Below are positions 1-11,978 of a DNA stretch of 64,000 nt, piece after piece. A model generated the notes under the pieces. That model was not told where the DNA came from. It made no database searches and was given only the letters and a program-made list of their open reading frames with translations. The first letter of the stretch is position 1; each line of letters begins with the position of its first letter. Both the position numbers and the translations under genes were made by a program. Source of the stretch: Balanoglossus misakiensis (taxonomy: Eukaryota > Animalia > Hemichordata); contig CM082597.2 in the NCBI GenBank assembly GCA_040954595.2, positions 4,407,244 to 4,471,243 on the forward strand, in the 5' to 3' direction.

Positions 1-220
1 CTAAATTCCACTTAGAATATTGATATAAATTCTAGCAGCACCCTCGTGTGCTATTTCAGAAATCATCCACCATTTGCCAAGTAATTTGCTGTCCAAAACT
101 CTTGAAAATGAGTTTCTTATATTTATATACGTTTCTTGTATTTTTGAATGAAGAATGACTAACAAATGTATGAATCTTATAGTTACATAATTAGAAACAC
201 TATCCCCTTTCTGATTCTAG

Positions 221-1126
221 GTAAAGTTCTGGTCACAGCAGATTTCCTTTATCTTAGTTGGTATCATCATTGTCACCTCAATCCGAGGGTTGCTCATTAA
301 TTTAACCAAGGTAAGCCCTCTATATGGATAAAATTTGACTATGTATTTAACGTTTTATCACCTTTAATTAAATCAACTGCAGAATGAGAAACCAGAGTGA
401 TACAAAGGAGAAAAAAAATAGCCAAAAGTTAGAGTTACTGGGGCTTTAAATGCAGCCAACACTATCATGTTTAAAACCTAGCAAATGTATGCTTTAGTGT
501 AGAGACACTACAATAACTATTTCTATTCTGACATTTGCAGTTTTTCTATGCTATATCAAGCAGCAAGTCTTCCAGTGTAATTGTATTGGCATTGGCACAG
601 ATAATGGTGAGTATATCTTTAAAAATTAACATTAAAATTACACATTCACCTATACAAATTTAGCCAATGATGTAGCCACTTATAGATTTTCAGGAAACAA
701 GTTTACCCCTAAAACAGTTGTTTGAAGACTTTGACGCACCCTTTCACCATATTTGGGTATATGTTAATGATGTGATTTTTACTGTATACCTTTAACAATA
801 CGGAAAGTGCTATATTGAATTTGAAAACAGAATTATCATGAGGGGTATATAGAGTTGTAATATGGCATCCTTCAAATAGATTAATTTACTATCTGCAATG
901 CTCTCTCTTACAGGGAATGTACTTTGTATCCTCTGTGCTTCTGATCAGAATGAACATGCCACTAGAATACCGACGGATAATCACAGAGGTCCTCGGCGAT
1001 CTTCAATTTAATTTCTACCACCGATGGTTTGATGTCATCTTTCTTGTCAGCGCTCTCTCCAGCATTGGGTTCCTATATCTTGCCCATCAACAGACTCCCG
1101 AGAAACACATGACACCAGCTCCATGA
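221..1126 (+). CDS. GPR89: Golgi pH regulator (GPR89/GPHR), last three coding exons; 5' part lies left of the window
   Basis: GT-AG exons 221-310 ([30 protein letters not shown]), 541-606 ([22 protein letters not shown]) and 914-1126 ([50 protein letters not shown]...TGA) join in frame. They are near-identical to the recalled vertebrate GPR89 C-terminus. Confidence 0.96.
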
Positions 1127-1204
1127 CGACCAATCAGTGATGTTCAATTTAGTCACCTGACCATAACGGCCAATCAGTGATGTTTAATTTTTAGTCACCT
1201 GACA
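1127..1204 (+). repeat. Short tandem duplication (~40 bp x2) just after the GPR89 stop codon
   Basis: c(g/a)ccaatcagtgatgtt(c/t)aattt..agtcacctgac occurs twice in tandem. Confidence 0.8.
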
Positions 1205-4200
1205 GTATTCAAATAATCACTTTGAGGAGAGGCCATACACAATATCCCATTCCTTACACATTACACCTGTGGGATCTAAACATAGGGCAAATATTCTTAC
1301 TCTTGATGAATTTATCATTTTTTTCTCCGAAACTTTATGTATGAAAGTCTACTGTAGGTTCCATTTTTCTCATTTGCAATCTCGTTCTTCAATATCCACT
1401 TTCTGTATTCTTTGGATATATATTTTCTGTATTTTTGTCACATGATCAGATCTGGAAAATGTTGACGTGTTTTGCTTGAAGTACAATAGTTTCTGTCTTA
1501 TGTGTGCAATCCATGGCCATTGAATGTTATGCCATTCACCAATATGGCTCAATAGAGCATATCAAAGAGTACTGTATTATTTCGACGTTAAAATTGCAGA
1601 AAAAGAGTTTGTACATTGTGAACTACAATTACATCCACTAGGTGGTTGCTTCTTTTAGGAAGTTTCTCATCCACATTCACTTGAAATTTCTCATTCGGTG
1701 TTATAAAATAACAGGTGTAACTACATGAATGTGAACAAGATGCTTAGTAATATTTTTGTCATTGCATGCATTTATTCAGGTTGCTGACAGTAGATAAATG
1801 CAAGGGAATACAGTTTTGTGATATCAACGCACAAACCAAAGTAATCGGTAATCGGTAAAAATTAAGATTTTGATTAGAGTAATCAGAAAGTGGTGAAATC
1901 ATGTTGATAAATGAAAGATATTCGATTGATCTGACATGTTCTGTTAATTGAAAACTAATGTTCCAATTGCCAATCTCACAATTAATGGATAACCTTCACA
2001 ATCATTAATTACTATTACACTGTCGTGGATACTTATATTTTCAAGTGCCTGTAAGAATATACATTTCATTGATTGCATGAGTGACAGCAACATTTGCATG
2101 GTATAGGTCGCTTAGATAAGTTTATGAGCAAGAATGCACACAATTCTATACAGCCAATGTTCATTTATTTGTGTCTCTAATTTTGGGAATAAATCAATAT
2201 ATTTCACTGACCTCCCAGGTCTAACTGGCTGAGCTTTGCTTGTGTTTCTTTCTTGTAAGTTTGTGGAGTTTTGCTTGTCAGCTTCAACCATGCAAGGAAA
2301 GTTTGCTTTGTCTGATCCTATATAGGTGACAATAACTAAACTGATATGACATGAAAAACTCCAGAGCAAATTAACAGAGCACCTAAAGTAACCCAGACAA
2401 CAACTAAACCCTCAATTGGATTTGATTGAAATATAACTTTTATGTGTTGTCAATGACACGACCCCAAAGTTAAACTAAAAGTATTTGGGCGAATTGTGCT
2501 CACAAAGACATATGGATTATTCACATATAAAATTTATTTAATTACATAAGGTAGAAAAAAGAATATATCTTGTAAACATTCAGCCTATGTAACTGAAGAC
2601 GAGTAAGATTGTGGTGTAAGACTGTCACACCAACTCGCCGCCGGCCACCAGAAAATTCTTTTGTTGTGAACAATGACCTCTACACTGCGCGGGTAAACTC
2701 CCCTGAACAGAAAAAGCTACATTTGTACTATATCCGGTTCAACTGAGACTTCCTTGACAACCATTCACAAGGGTATTGAATCGGTCAACTAAAACCGGTA
2801 ACACCCAGAACCACTTCCCAAGATCACGCTGACATGCACCAAACTTGCTTCGGCGTTATATCCTGTTTGTGTGCGACAACCTGGGTAAATGTTAGAGTCA
2901 CATATGCCAGGACTTATGGGTTCTTTCAAAGAAGACAAGACTAGTGACTTTGCGTGGACGCCTGAAGACATATTGGTCTTGATAAATTACTCAGTAACTA
3001 CGTTAACCATTAACAAAACCATACTCATTCAGTCAGTCAATACTGTGGTGGGAGGGACTGTGGTCAGTCAAAAAAAGCCATGGTAACAACAAAAATATTA
3101 CATGCATTTTACACGTATACAAATATTTTGTTGATTATCTTAATATCTGGCATTTAATAAACATACTTTAGCAACAAACACAACAAACAGTCCTTATTGC
3201 AGAGACCAATAGAGAGAAATAATCATCACAATTCATAGCTATTTCCTCAATCGATTTCTCAGGAATGTCCTGCCCGTCCAGCTACAACACACGTAAGCTT
3301 AGAGTTGTTTGCATATGCATTTTTTGTATATGACAAGTCAAGTGGGCGACGCGCCTCTTTTCTACATGTGACGCTATAATAACGTTTGCATGCCGGTAGT
3401 TCGCCCTTTTGAATTCTGCCAGCGTCTGGTAGAGTCGACTTTTGTCACGGTAGGTGTTTTGCTGAGACTTGCAAGTGTTCAAACTTAAGGGGATCTACCC
3501 GGAGTTTGCGGTTAGATTTGATAAAATTATCCAACACGAACTGGTGTCTAATACTGTATAAAACATACTGTTAAAATGTTTCTTATATTAATTTATGCTA
3601 AAATACGTCCGACGTTTTTGAAGTCAGCGGGAAAACAAGTGTAACCATGACAGTATACCCACAACAATACAAGACCGTACCGGTCCATTGCCAATTTGTA
3701 TTCATGAACAGTACAACCTTTGCTTTGAACACTCCCAAATTGGTTCACATATATTGTGGCATATAAAGGTTAAAAAAAACCTGTCTACTACAGACAGGAA
3801 CTGAAACCAACAGGAACAATGTTAAGGGAAGGCAAGCTTTACTAGGTATAATAACTGTAGTCAGCAAAGTGAAAATGAAAGAGTTCAAAGCCATGCTAGT
3901 CAGTGACAGTTAAGGTATTCTGTATGCTTATGGACGTCTAAAACTACAAGTCCATTGCCGGCCTGTGACCACCCAATCAAGTGTTTTAATGTTGTCTGTA
4001 GCGTTCGGCCATCCTAGGACAGTGAACGAACGTCCGTGCTGGGACTCGGATTCCACAGGGCTAACGTCTATAATACCTATTGCAACAAATAATCTTATGA
4101 GGCCGCCAAATTTTCCTACAAATGGAAAACAACACCAAACGACCTGTTGTGTATAAGTTACATTTGATGTGTGACACAAGTTAAAATTCGTCCCAAAAGG

Positions 4201-6670
4201 TTGAAAAAGCCATGGTTTCAATTGCTTTCGTTTTGGACATGCACACGTTCGTTGGGCATCATGGTTACCGTGGTTACAGCTGAAAACATAATTCACGTGA
4301 CATACATGTACATGTTGATTGTTGTCGAAATTTGTAAACGTGGCAGCAGTACAGGTTGTACATGTATAACGGTATGTATAGTAAAACATTCCCTAGACTT
4401 TGCTGGCTAAGTCACATAATTTATAGGATTATTTCGAATCATCACAACTATTCAGAATTTCTTTCAATGTAACCTTTCCAGGGCCCTTAGCATGGATCCC
4501 CATTATCTATACAGATAGCCTGATTAAATTTCTGATGTGGAACTAATTGCATTTTCTGATACAAATGATATTTTCATTTAAAAAGCCACGCAATTTCGCT
4601 TTTAGTGCATTCTGATACACTGCCATATATTTGCATAAACAGAACAGCAAGCTTAAACGACACAGAGAATTTACAAAAATATAATCTTACATGCTATTTA
4701 AAACGTTGGTGTATTTTTTCATGAAATTAGATGTGAACTTTTGTATTTCATCACAATAAGAAACATTTTATTTGGGATGGGGTGGGGGGTTGCTGTGAAA
4801 ATTTTAATTTTGTGTCGTTGTTAATTTTAATATGTAGAGTTCACTAACAGAAGTACAGCGTAGAATGACGGAAATTGGCTAAGCTTGGGGGTATTTATAG
4901 TCCACGATCGTCATGTTAGATATCGTTTGATAGAAATATTCCGGATCACTTTTTTTTTGTTCCAACATGCTAAAGTAGTCCCATTTTGGTCCAAATTTTA
5001 ATTAAAGGTTTCATCGCTTCCTAGGAGTTGGTGGTATGTGAAAATACCATGGTCTTTGCAATTTAACGGCTTTTGCTGTACATGTTCACACATGCCATGC
5101 TGAATAATGTGTAAAGTATTCTGAAATACCTCTGTTGTTTGGCGTGTCAATAAAATTACAGAGACAGTCAAGCCACGCCAACTCTTTACTCACACAGGGG
5201 ACGCGTTCCAGTCAATTGGTTACTTAGTATCAGTACGCCAACGTTTCACAGTCGAAAGCCACCATGACCACATAAAAAATTATCTTTCTTTCATACCTCT
5301 TATAGTTTAATTTGAACTACATCAGAAGTAGTTAACGCGTAACAGCACTTGACAAAACAACTGTCTCAGTTCAGATTTCATACCCATCGTCATTTAACAA
5401 AGATCGAAAGAATTTAGCGAATGTAAATTTTAGCACCATGAGTAATTGAATATCAGTCGAAGTCATAAGCGACAGCTAATATTGCACAATTCTATGAACT
5501 GTTTGCGAAATCGCTATATGATCCACTGGTGCAGGTTGGTGATTTCCACCAGTGGAATTGTGAATCACTCGACATACCGAGGTTCCATATAGTGCAATGA
5601 TCGATATATTCGATGCATTGTATGCTAATGAGGCAAGTCAGCTGTTATCTGATCACCAGCATTAAGAGAACTCCTATCCCCATGACATCAGAAGCGTAAT
5701 ACGGAATAAAGACCAATTAGTTCAACCATAGCTTTTAATTTTATCAGCGTAATACATACACATCATTTGCACAGTAGCGATCACAGCGTTAGACGACTAA
5801 TTAGTATACTGCAGTTATGGAAACGCAGAACATTTCAATCGTATTATATATGCCTGTCACGTACCGGTTAGCCAGTCATTCACCAATACCCATTGTTGAA
5901 TTTCTGGGTGGAGCTTTGTTTTATTGGTCGTTTTAAATTCATCACACAGCCAATATCACCTTGCCTGCACAATGTAGTTCTGAATGAGGTCATTCAGGTC
6001 AGGCACTTCATTGCGACACAGGTATCAGGTACGACATGGCATGACAGTGAAGTATTGTCAGTTGGTCATTGACTTCGCGAGGCAGACGGATATTAGTCTG
6101 GTTAGCTTGCCCGTCTGACGTCATGCTTATAAAATAGCAACGGAAAACCTGAGAGGGGTTTAGTTACGTCAACTTAGTTGGACCTGTGAAGCATATATCC
6201 CACATCGCTGGGTGGTCAAACCATTGCCGGTCGTCGAGTAAAGCTGCAGATACATCCATATGAGCTGCGTAATGTTGGTATACTATAGAGAGGACAAGTA
6301 AATTAAATGAGTTTGAGACAAGAAACCATGAATACTTGAGAAATTGCCATAAGTTACAGACAGTGGCCCTTTAAAGAAGCGTTTTATAGATTGTACTCAC
6401 AAGTCAGGCTCTTGAAAAGCCTTGACTTGATAGCTTTCATTTCACACAGGAGTTTGCCTCGCTTCAAAATTACAGGATATGCATGTATACGTTCTTTGAA
6501 TTCAATATTTCCATTTCCGGTCTTGTAAATTTGACAATTTGAGTGATTAACTATTTATGTTATTTTCTCCTTTTCATATTTGCAAAAATATGTGAATATC
6601 TACTCTGTTCGTCCGTCAAATGTGATCCAAAACTAAATGCAGTAAGATCATACAGGAACATCGGGGGAAA

Positions 6671-9600
6671 ATGGCAAGCGTAGGCAAGGTGACTGAATTA
6701 GTTTGAGAATGTCATTTCTTGTGCGTCCTCCACAAATCCTTCAGGTTAAAGGGCGACGATCGTCTTATGCGCATGTGCCAAACCAGGGATGGTATACATG
6801 TACAGTAAATGCCATAAGGCAGTGTTCTCTCCCAACAATAGACAAGATGGCAGCGACCATATTCTCTGTCGGAGAACGGGGAAAGACAGCAAATTGGGTG
6901 AAAAGAAGAGACAAAACTAAATTCTACTTACGGTGCGCATGAGATACGGAAGGAAGCGAAGGCAGTCCGCTATTTAAAAAAGTCGAATGCAAAATTTCCA
7001 GAACGTTTGGATTGGACGTAATGATTTTACACACGAATGTATGCACATGCGCATGAGACGATCGTCGACCTATGATCTAAATGGACACAAGTACATGTAC
7101 GTGCGTGTAGTTTTTTTGCTACTGCAAATACATTCAATCCGACTTATTGCTTGCTCTACAATGTATTTGCACTGGCAAAGATTGGTGTACACGTATATGA
7201 AAACGGTTTAATAGTTATTCGTGTAAAATATGTAATAGAAAAACCTATTCGCATTTTTGGTAATCTGTTATAAGAGAACTGTCTGTTTCCATCGCAACGA
7301 GGTTTTTGTGACAGTTGCATAACTTAAAGCACGTTAGGAGGAGATAAGTAATACAACTAGAGTTGAATCATTCACTCAATCTGTGGGGCACACAATCTAC
7401 TTTCATTTGTGATACACCATCTGCTGTCAATCATACAATGCTTATTCGGGTTCTAATTTATCAGTAATATTACTCTGGCACGATCATATAGAGCGATCTC
7501 AAAGAGTAAAAGACCCTTCATAACCTTCCAACGTACTTATCCTTCAGGTGTCAGTTCTCATCATCAACGAGAACTGGGGTTTGGGTTATAGTGACGGGAT
7601 TCCCTCCGTCAATCGCTTAATTGCCAACATTCTTGGTCATATTGAAGTGGACCAGGTTTACTCGACGGTTCTGGAGTACAACGGGAAAGAGGAGGAGGAG
7701 GCGAGGAACGCACGCGTCAGCGTTCAGTCTCCACAACCGAAAGAGAGGAGATTCCGCGACCACATTTACCAGGAACCGAATCCAGACTGGCTTTACCTGC
7801 ACGACACCTTTTACCCGCAACTGAAAGAATTACAAGGTGACATCAAGTTCGTGTTCGGGTACTCCTTGACCACGGCAGAGGCAGCTGTGAAGATCAAACA
7901 AGATCTGTTCAGTGACGCAGCGCTATATTTAATCAACGTTTGGAATCCCGGTTCAATGAAAGCTGAAATTATCGGTTGGGATGACGAGGAGCTGGATCAG
8001 CGCAAGAAGGAAACAGCCAAATGGCTCCGAAACTCGCACGTGGTGTCGGTCGGAGAGAATGTCTATCAGCACTATTCGGCTAAACAACCCGGCTACGCCG
8101 AGGAAAGGCACTTTCTGCTTCAGCCTACCCAAGTCCCCGGGCAGGGTGTAACCAGAAAGTATGTGAGGCACAAACATGTCAATGAATTTAAACTTTTGAC
8201 GGTCTTTGAAAGTCAAAACATCCAGGACTACAAGGCCATCCGCAAGGACTACAAGGCCATCCGCAAGGCCATCCGCAAGGACTACAAGGCCATCCGCAAG
8301 GCCATCCGCAAGGACTACAAGGCCATCCGCGATGTCTTTTGCGACATGGTGAGCTACTTTAAAGGCACAAAGATTCGATGGGTGATGGTGGGAGACATCA
8401 GGGAAAAGGAGGATCACATCCGAAGAGTGCTCGACCTAGAAGACGAGTATCGCTTCGATCTCATACTAAAACCATGTTATTCTGTCGACGATCTCGATGA
8501 CTACCTGCTTGACTGCCACCTTGCACTCCCACGTCGTGATGCTCGAATCAGTGACCCGTTCGTGTGGCGTGCACTTTCGTTAGGCACGCCACTCGTGCTG
8601 CAGGTTCCATGCAACTCTGACTTCATCACCTTCATCGGGAACAAACTCGGAGACTATAAATCGGATCTGACGACCGCAGAGGACAACCCTGAGCAACTGG
8701 GCGAGAAGGTGAAGGATAAGATGGAAAATTACGACAATGCAGTTGATACAGCAGCAGCAATACGCACGATTATCAAAGAAATCTCAACTGAATCAAACGA
8801 TAAGCTTCGAGAAAAATTGATGGCACAGGTGAAACATGCTCCTAACGTCCCCTGGTCAACTCAAGGTAATTTTAAATGAGATCTGTGAGGGCATATATCT
8901 TTAATAACGTTTCATAAATGCTAGAGAGTAACATGCTAGAGTGTAGACATTTTAGCGTATTGATAGGGTCATCTGCAATTATCGAATAGTATGTAATCTC
9001 ATGTTTTATCAGTTACATTGATTCTCTTTAAAAATTATATCATGTTCTATTTTTGTGACTTTCAGAGGAAGGTTCTGAAGGATCTGATGTTAAAGATGAT
9101 AAAGCTGGTGCATTTCCATCGCGTAAGTTCTGGGTGTGACGAAAGTCTCAGGCAGACATAAAAGTGGAATTCCAATCCTGGGCCAATTTTATAACCCCTG
9201 AATGACCTTATCGTGTTTTGACGGTATGGCACTATACATAACTCGGCATTACATGCAACATTCACTCCTTTGTAACAGACACCATTCATTGTTTGGTTCT
9301 TGGATGAGTTGGTGTACAAATTCAATTGTATGGATGACTGTTCTAGAGTTTAAAACTCAAAATGGTTAACTCATACCAACACGGAATATTGTATTTGATG
9401 TTTATGACATCCCTTTAATCATATTCCCTTTTCACGTGATTTCCTCTTGTAGTTGAAAAAGGAGATGGTACAGAAATCAGTGGTGATGCCAAGTCTATGA
9501 GTCAAAGAAGCTTACCAGCTTTAGCAATAGGTATGTTACTTTGAAGCTTTCTTTCTCAACGCGACAGAAAATATCGTGAGATTATGCAACAAGATGAAAA

Positions 9601-11902
9601 TCAAGTGCCACCTAATCCAAAATGATTGCATCACTTGCTCAACGCATATAGTTCCTCCACACACCTTCTGGAAAGAGGTGGGATTCGTGTTTGGAGGGAC
9701 TATGCTCAATTTACTCCTTACTCCTATACAGCAGGATTCACGAACACTTGTGTAAATGGTGGATCAGATTTTTGTAAACAACTTTTACACGGCCAACCAA
9801 ATCTAAGACATTTTTGTGTTTCAATATGATCATCTGGTTTACATGAAGAATAAACTTTCGAACTGTATCTTATCTCATGGTTGAGAAGTATGTATTTAAA
9901 AAAAAACAATTATATCATGTTCTATTTCTGTGACTTTCAGAGCAAGGTCCTGAAGAATCTGATGTTACAGATGACAAAGCTGGTGCATTTTCATTGGGTG
10001 AGTAAACGTTGTTGGTGTGACGAAAGTCTCAGGCGGGTGTTGTACCGAAAGTCCAATCATGCAATGGGCAACTTTCATGACCCCTGAATGACCTTATAGC
10101 CTGGTGTCTTGTTGGTTTGACATCATACATTATTCATGATTACACCCAACATTTCATTCTTTGTTCTCGATGGAGTTAAAGTGTACAAATTCAATTGTAT
10201 AGTTGACTGTTCCACACTTTAATCTCAAAATGGTTAACTCATACCAACACGAGATATTGTGTTTAATGTGCATGTTATACCATTTTATGATAATTCCTTT
10301 ATTGTAATTTCCTCTTGTAATTGAAAAATGAATGGATATAGAAAGCAGCGTAGATGCCAAGTCCACGAGTCAAAGAAGCTCATTGGCTCTTGCAATAGGT
10401 ATGTTATTTCACATAGTCTCATGCAGGCGTTAAACTGGCATTCGATTCGTGTAATACGCAAACCTTTACTACTCAATATGGATCAATTTCGGGACAGTGG
10501 GCAAACAAGAGATGGCTCATCTACAGAATTGGGAAGAATTTACAAACACTTGTGTTTATGGTGGCTTATACCTGGAAATCTTCACTAACAGCTTTTAAAC
10601 GGCCAATCACATGCAAACCATTTTCGTATTTCAAGAGGATAGTCTGGTTTAAATGAAGAATATAATTCTCTAGCTGTATCCTATCTGGTTGAGCAGTAAA
10701 TTGAATTTTCTTTAAAAACAATTACATCACATTCTATTTTTGCGACTTTCAGAGGAAGGTTCTAAAGAATCTGACGTTACAGATGATAAAACTGGTGTAC
10801 TTTCTTCGGGTAAGTTTACAGGGATGACAAGTCTCAGGCGACGTAAAACTGAAATTCCAATCACGTATAATAGGCCACTTTCAAGACCCCTGACTGACCT
10901 TATATCAGGTGTTTTGTTAGTATGGCATCATACATCTTAATATTATATACAAAATTCACCGTTGTGTAACAGACAAAATTCAATATTTTGTTCTTGGATG
11001 AGTGAGTGTGTACACATTTATTCATTTGTGGGGTTGTTCAAGAGTTTAAAGTCAAAAGTGGTAAACTTGTACCAACAGAAAATATGACATTTACCTCTTA
11101 TGATATTACCTTTTATTATGACATTCCCTTTTCCTCTTGTAGTTGCTGAATGTTTGGATAAGGAAAGCAGTGTAGACTCGAAATCTGGGAGTCAACCAAG
11201 CACACTGGCTTTTGCAATAAGTATGTTAATTTAGATACATTTCTTGTCTAAGTCCCTGTCTGTCATCAACTAATGATGTCACACAATTTGGAAATGATAG
11301 AGGAGTATTTGATAATGTGCAATGTTATCAATCTGAAATGAAGTGATTGCATTTCGAATTTACGCTTGATTCTGCAATGTCGTGCCGAGAAACGTTTAGG
11401 ATGCATCACTGCCCGCAGATCAAATTGTTGTGATTGCTTTAGCTTGTAGAATTCTAACAAGACGCTGAAAATGAACACGCGCATCATGCAAAAGATGACT
11501 TTCGGTCGTTCAGTGAAACAACTTCAAGAATATTGAAACAGCAACTCCTAACCTTTCTCTGTTTTGTACCTTAGACGAAGGCGCCATGTCATCTGGACAG
11601 CGCAGACTTCAAGAAGAGAGGGGTCATCATGGCAGTTCAGGTATAATTAATTGTAGCGAGGACAACATTTCATGTGAGGTCTTTCATATGGTTGTGATTG
11701 CTAGTCTGTTTAAACCTGAGGCATGTTGGATGATTTTCTGAAATCTATGAGACAACATTTCAGATAAGAGAGAGTCAATCAATCAGTTCATTTGTTAGTT
11801 AGTTAGTTAGATTGTCTGTTCCTTCATCCATGTAATGTTCTTTCTTTCTTTCTTTCTCTTTCTTTCTTTCTTTCTTTTTCTCTCTCTCTCTCTCTCTCTT
11901 TC

Positions 11903-11978
<76 letters not shown>

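Noticed and set aside
2580-4410. Short ORFs and CpG-richer patches between GPR89 and the GT-NHL gene
   Set aside because: No recognisable protein motifs or consistent exon chain. Probably decayed repeats.
7617-8417. Antisense and alternative-frame ORFs over the GT exon (likewise 14112-14821 over the NHL exon)
   Set aside because: Shadow ORFs of real coding exons.
7548-8879. Intronless, GC-richer GT ORF as a bacterial contaminant or recent horizontal transfer
   Set aside because: It has proper acceptor and donor sites, splices in frame to downstream exons and resembles metazoan GT-like immune domains. The GTG 'start' is just the exon boundary.
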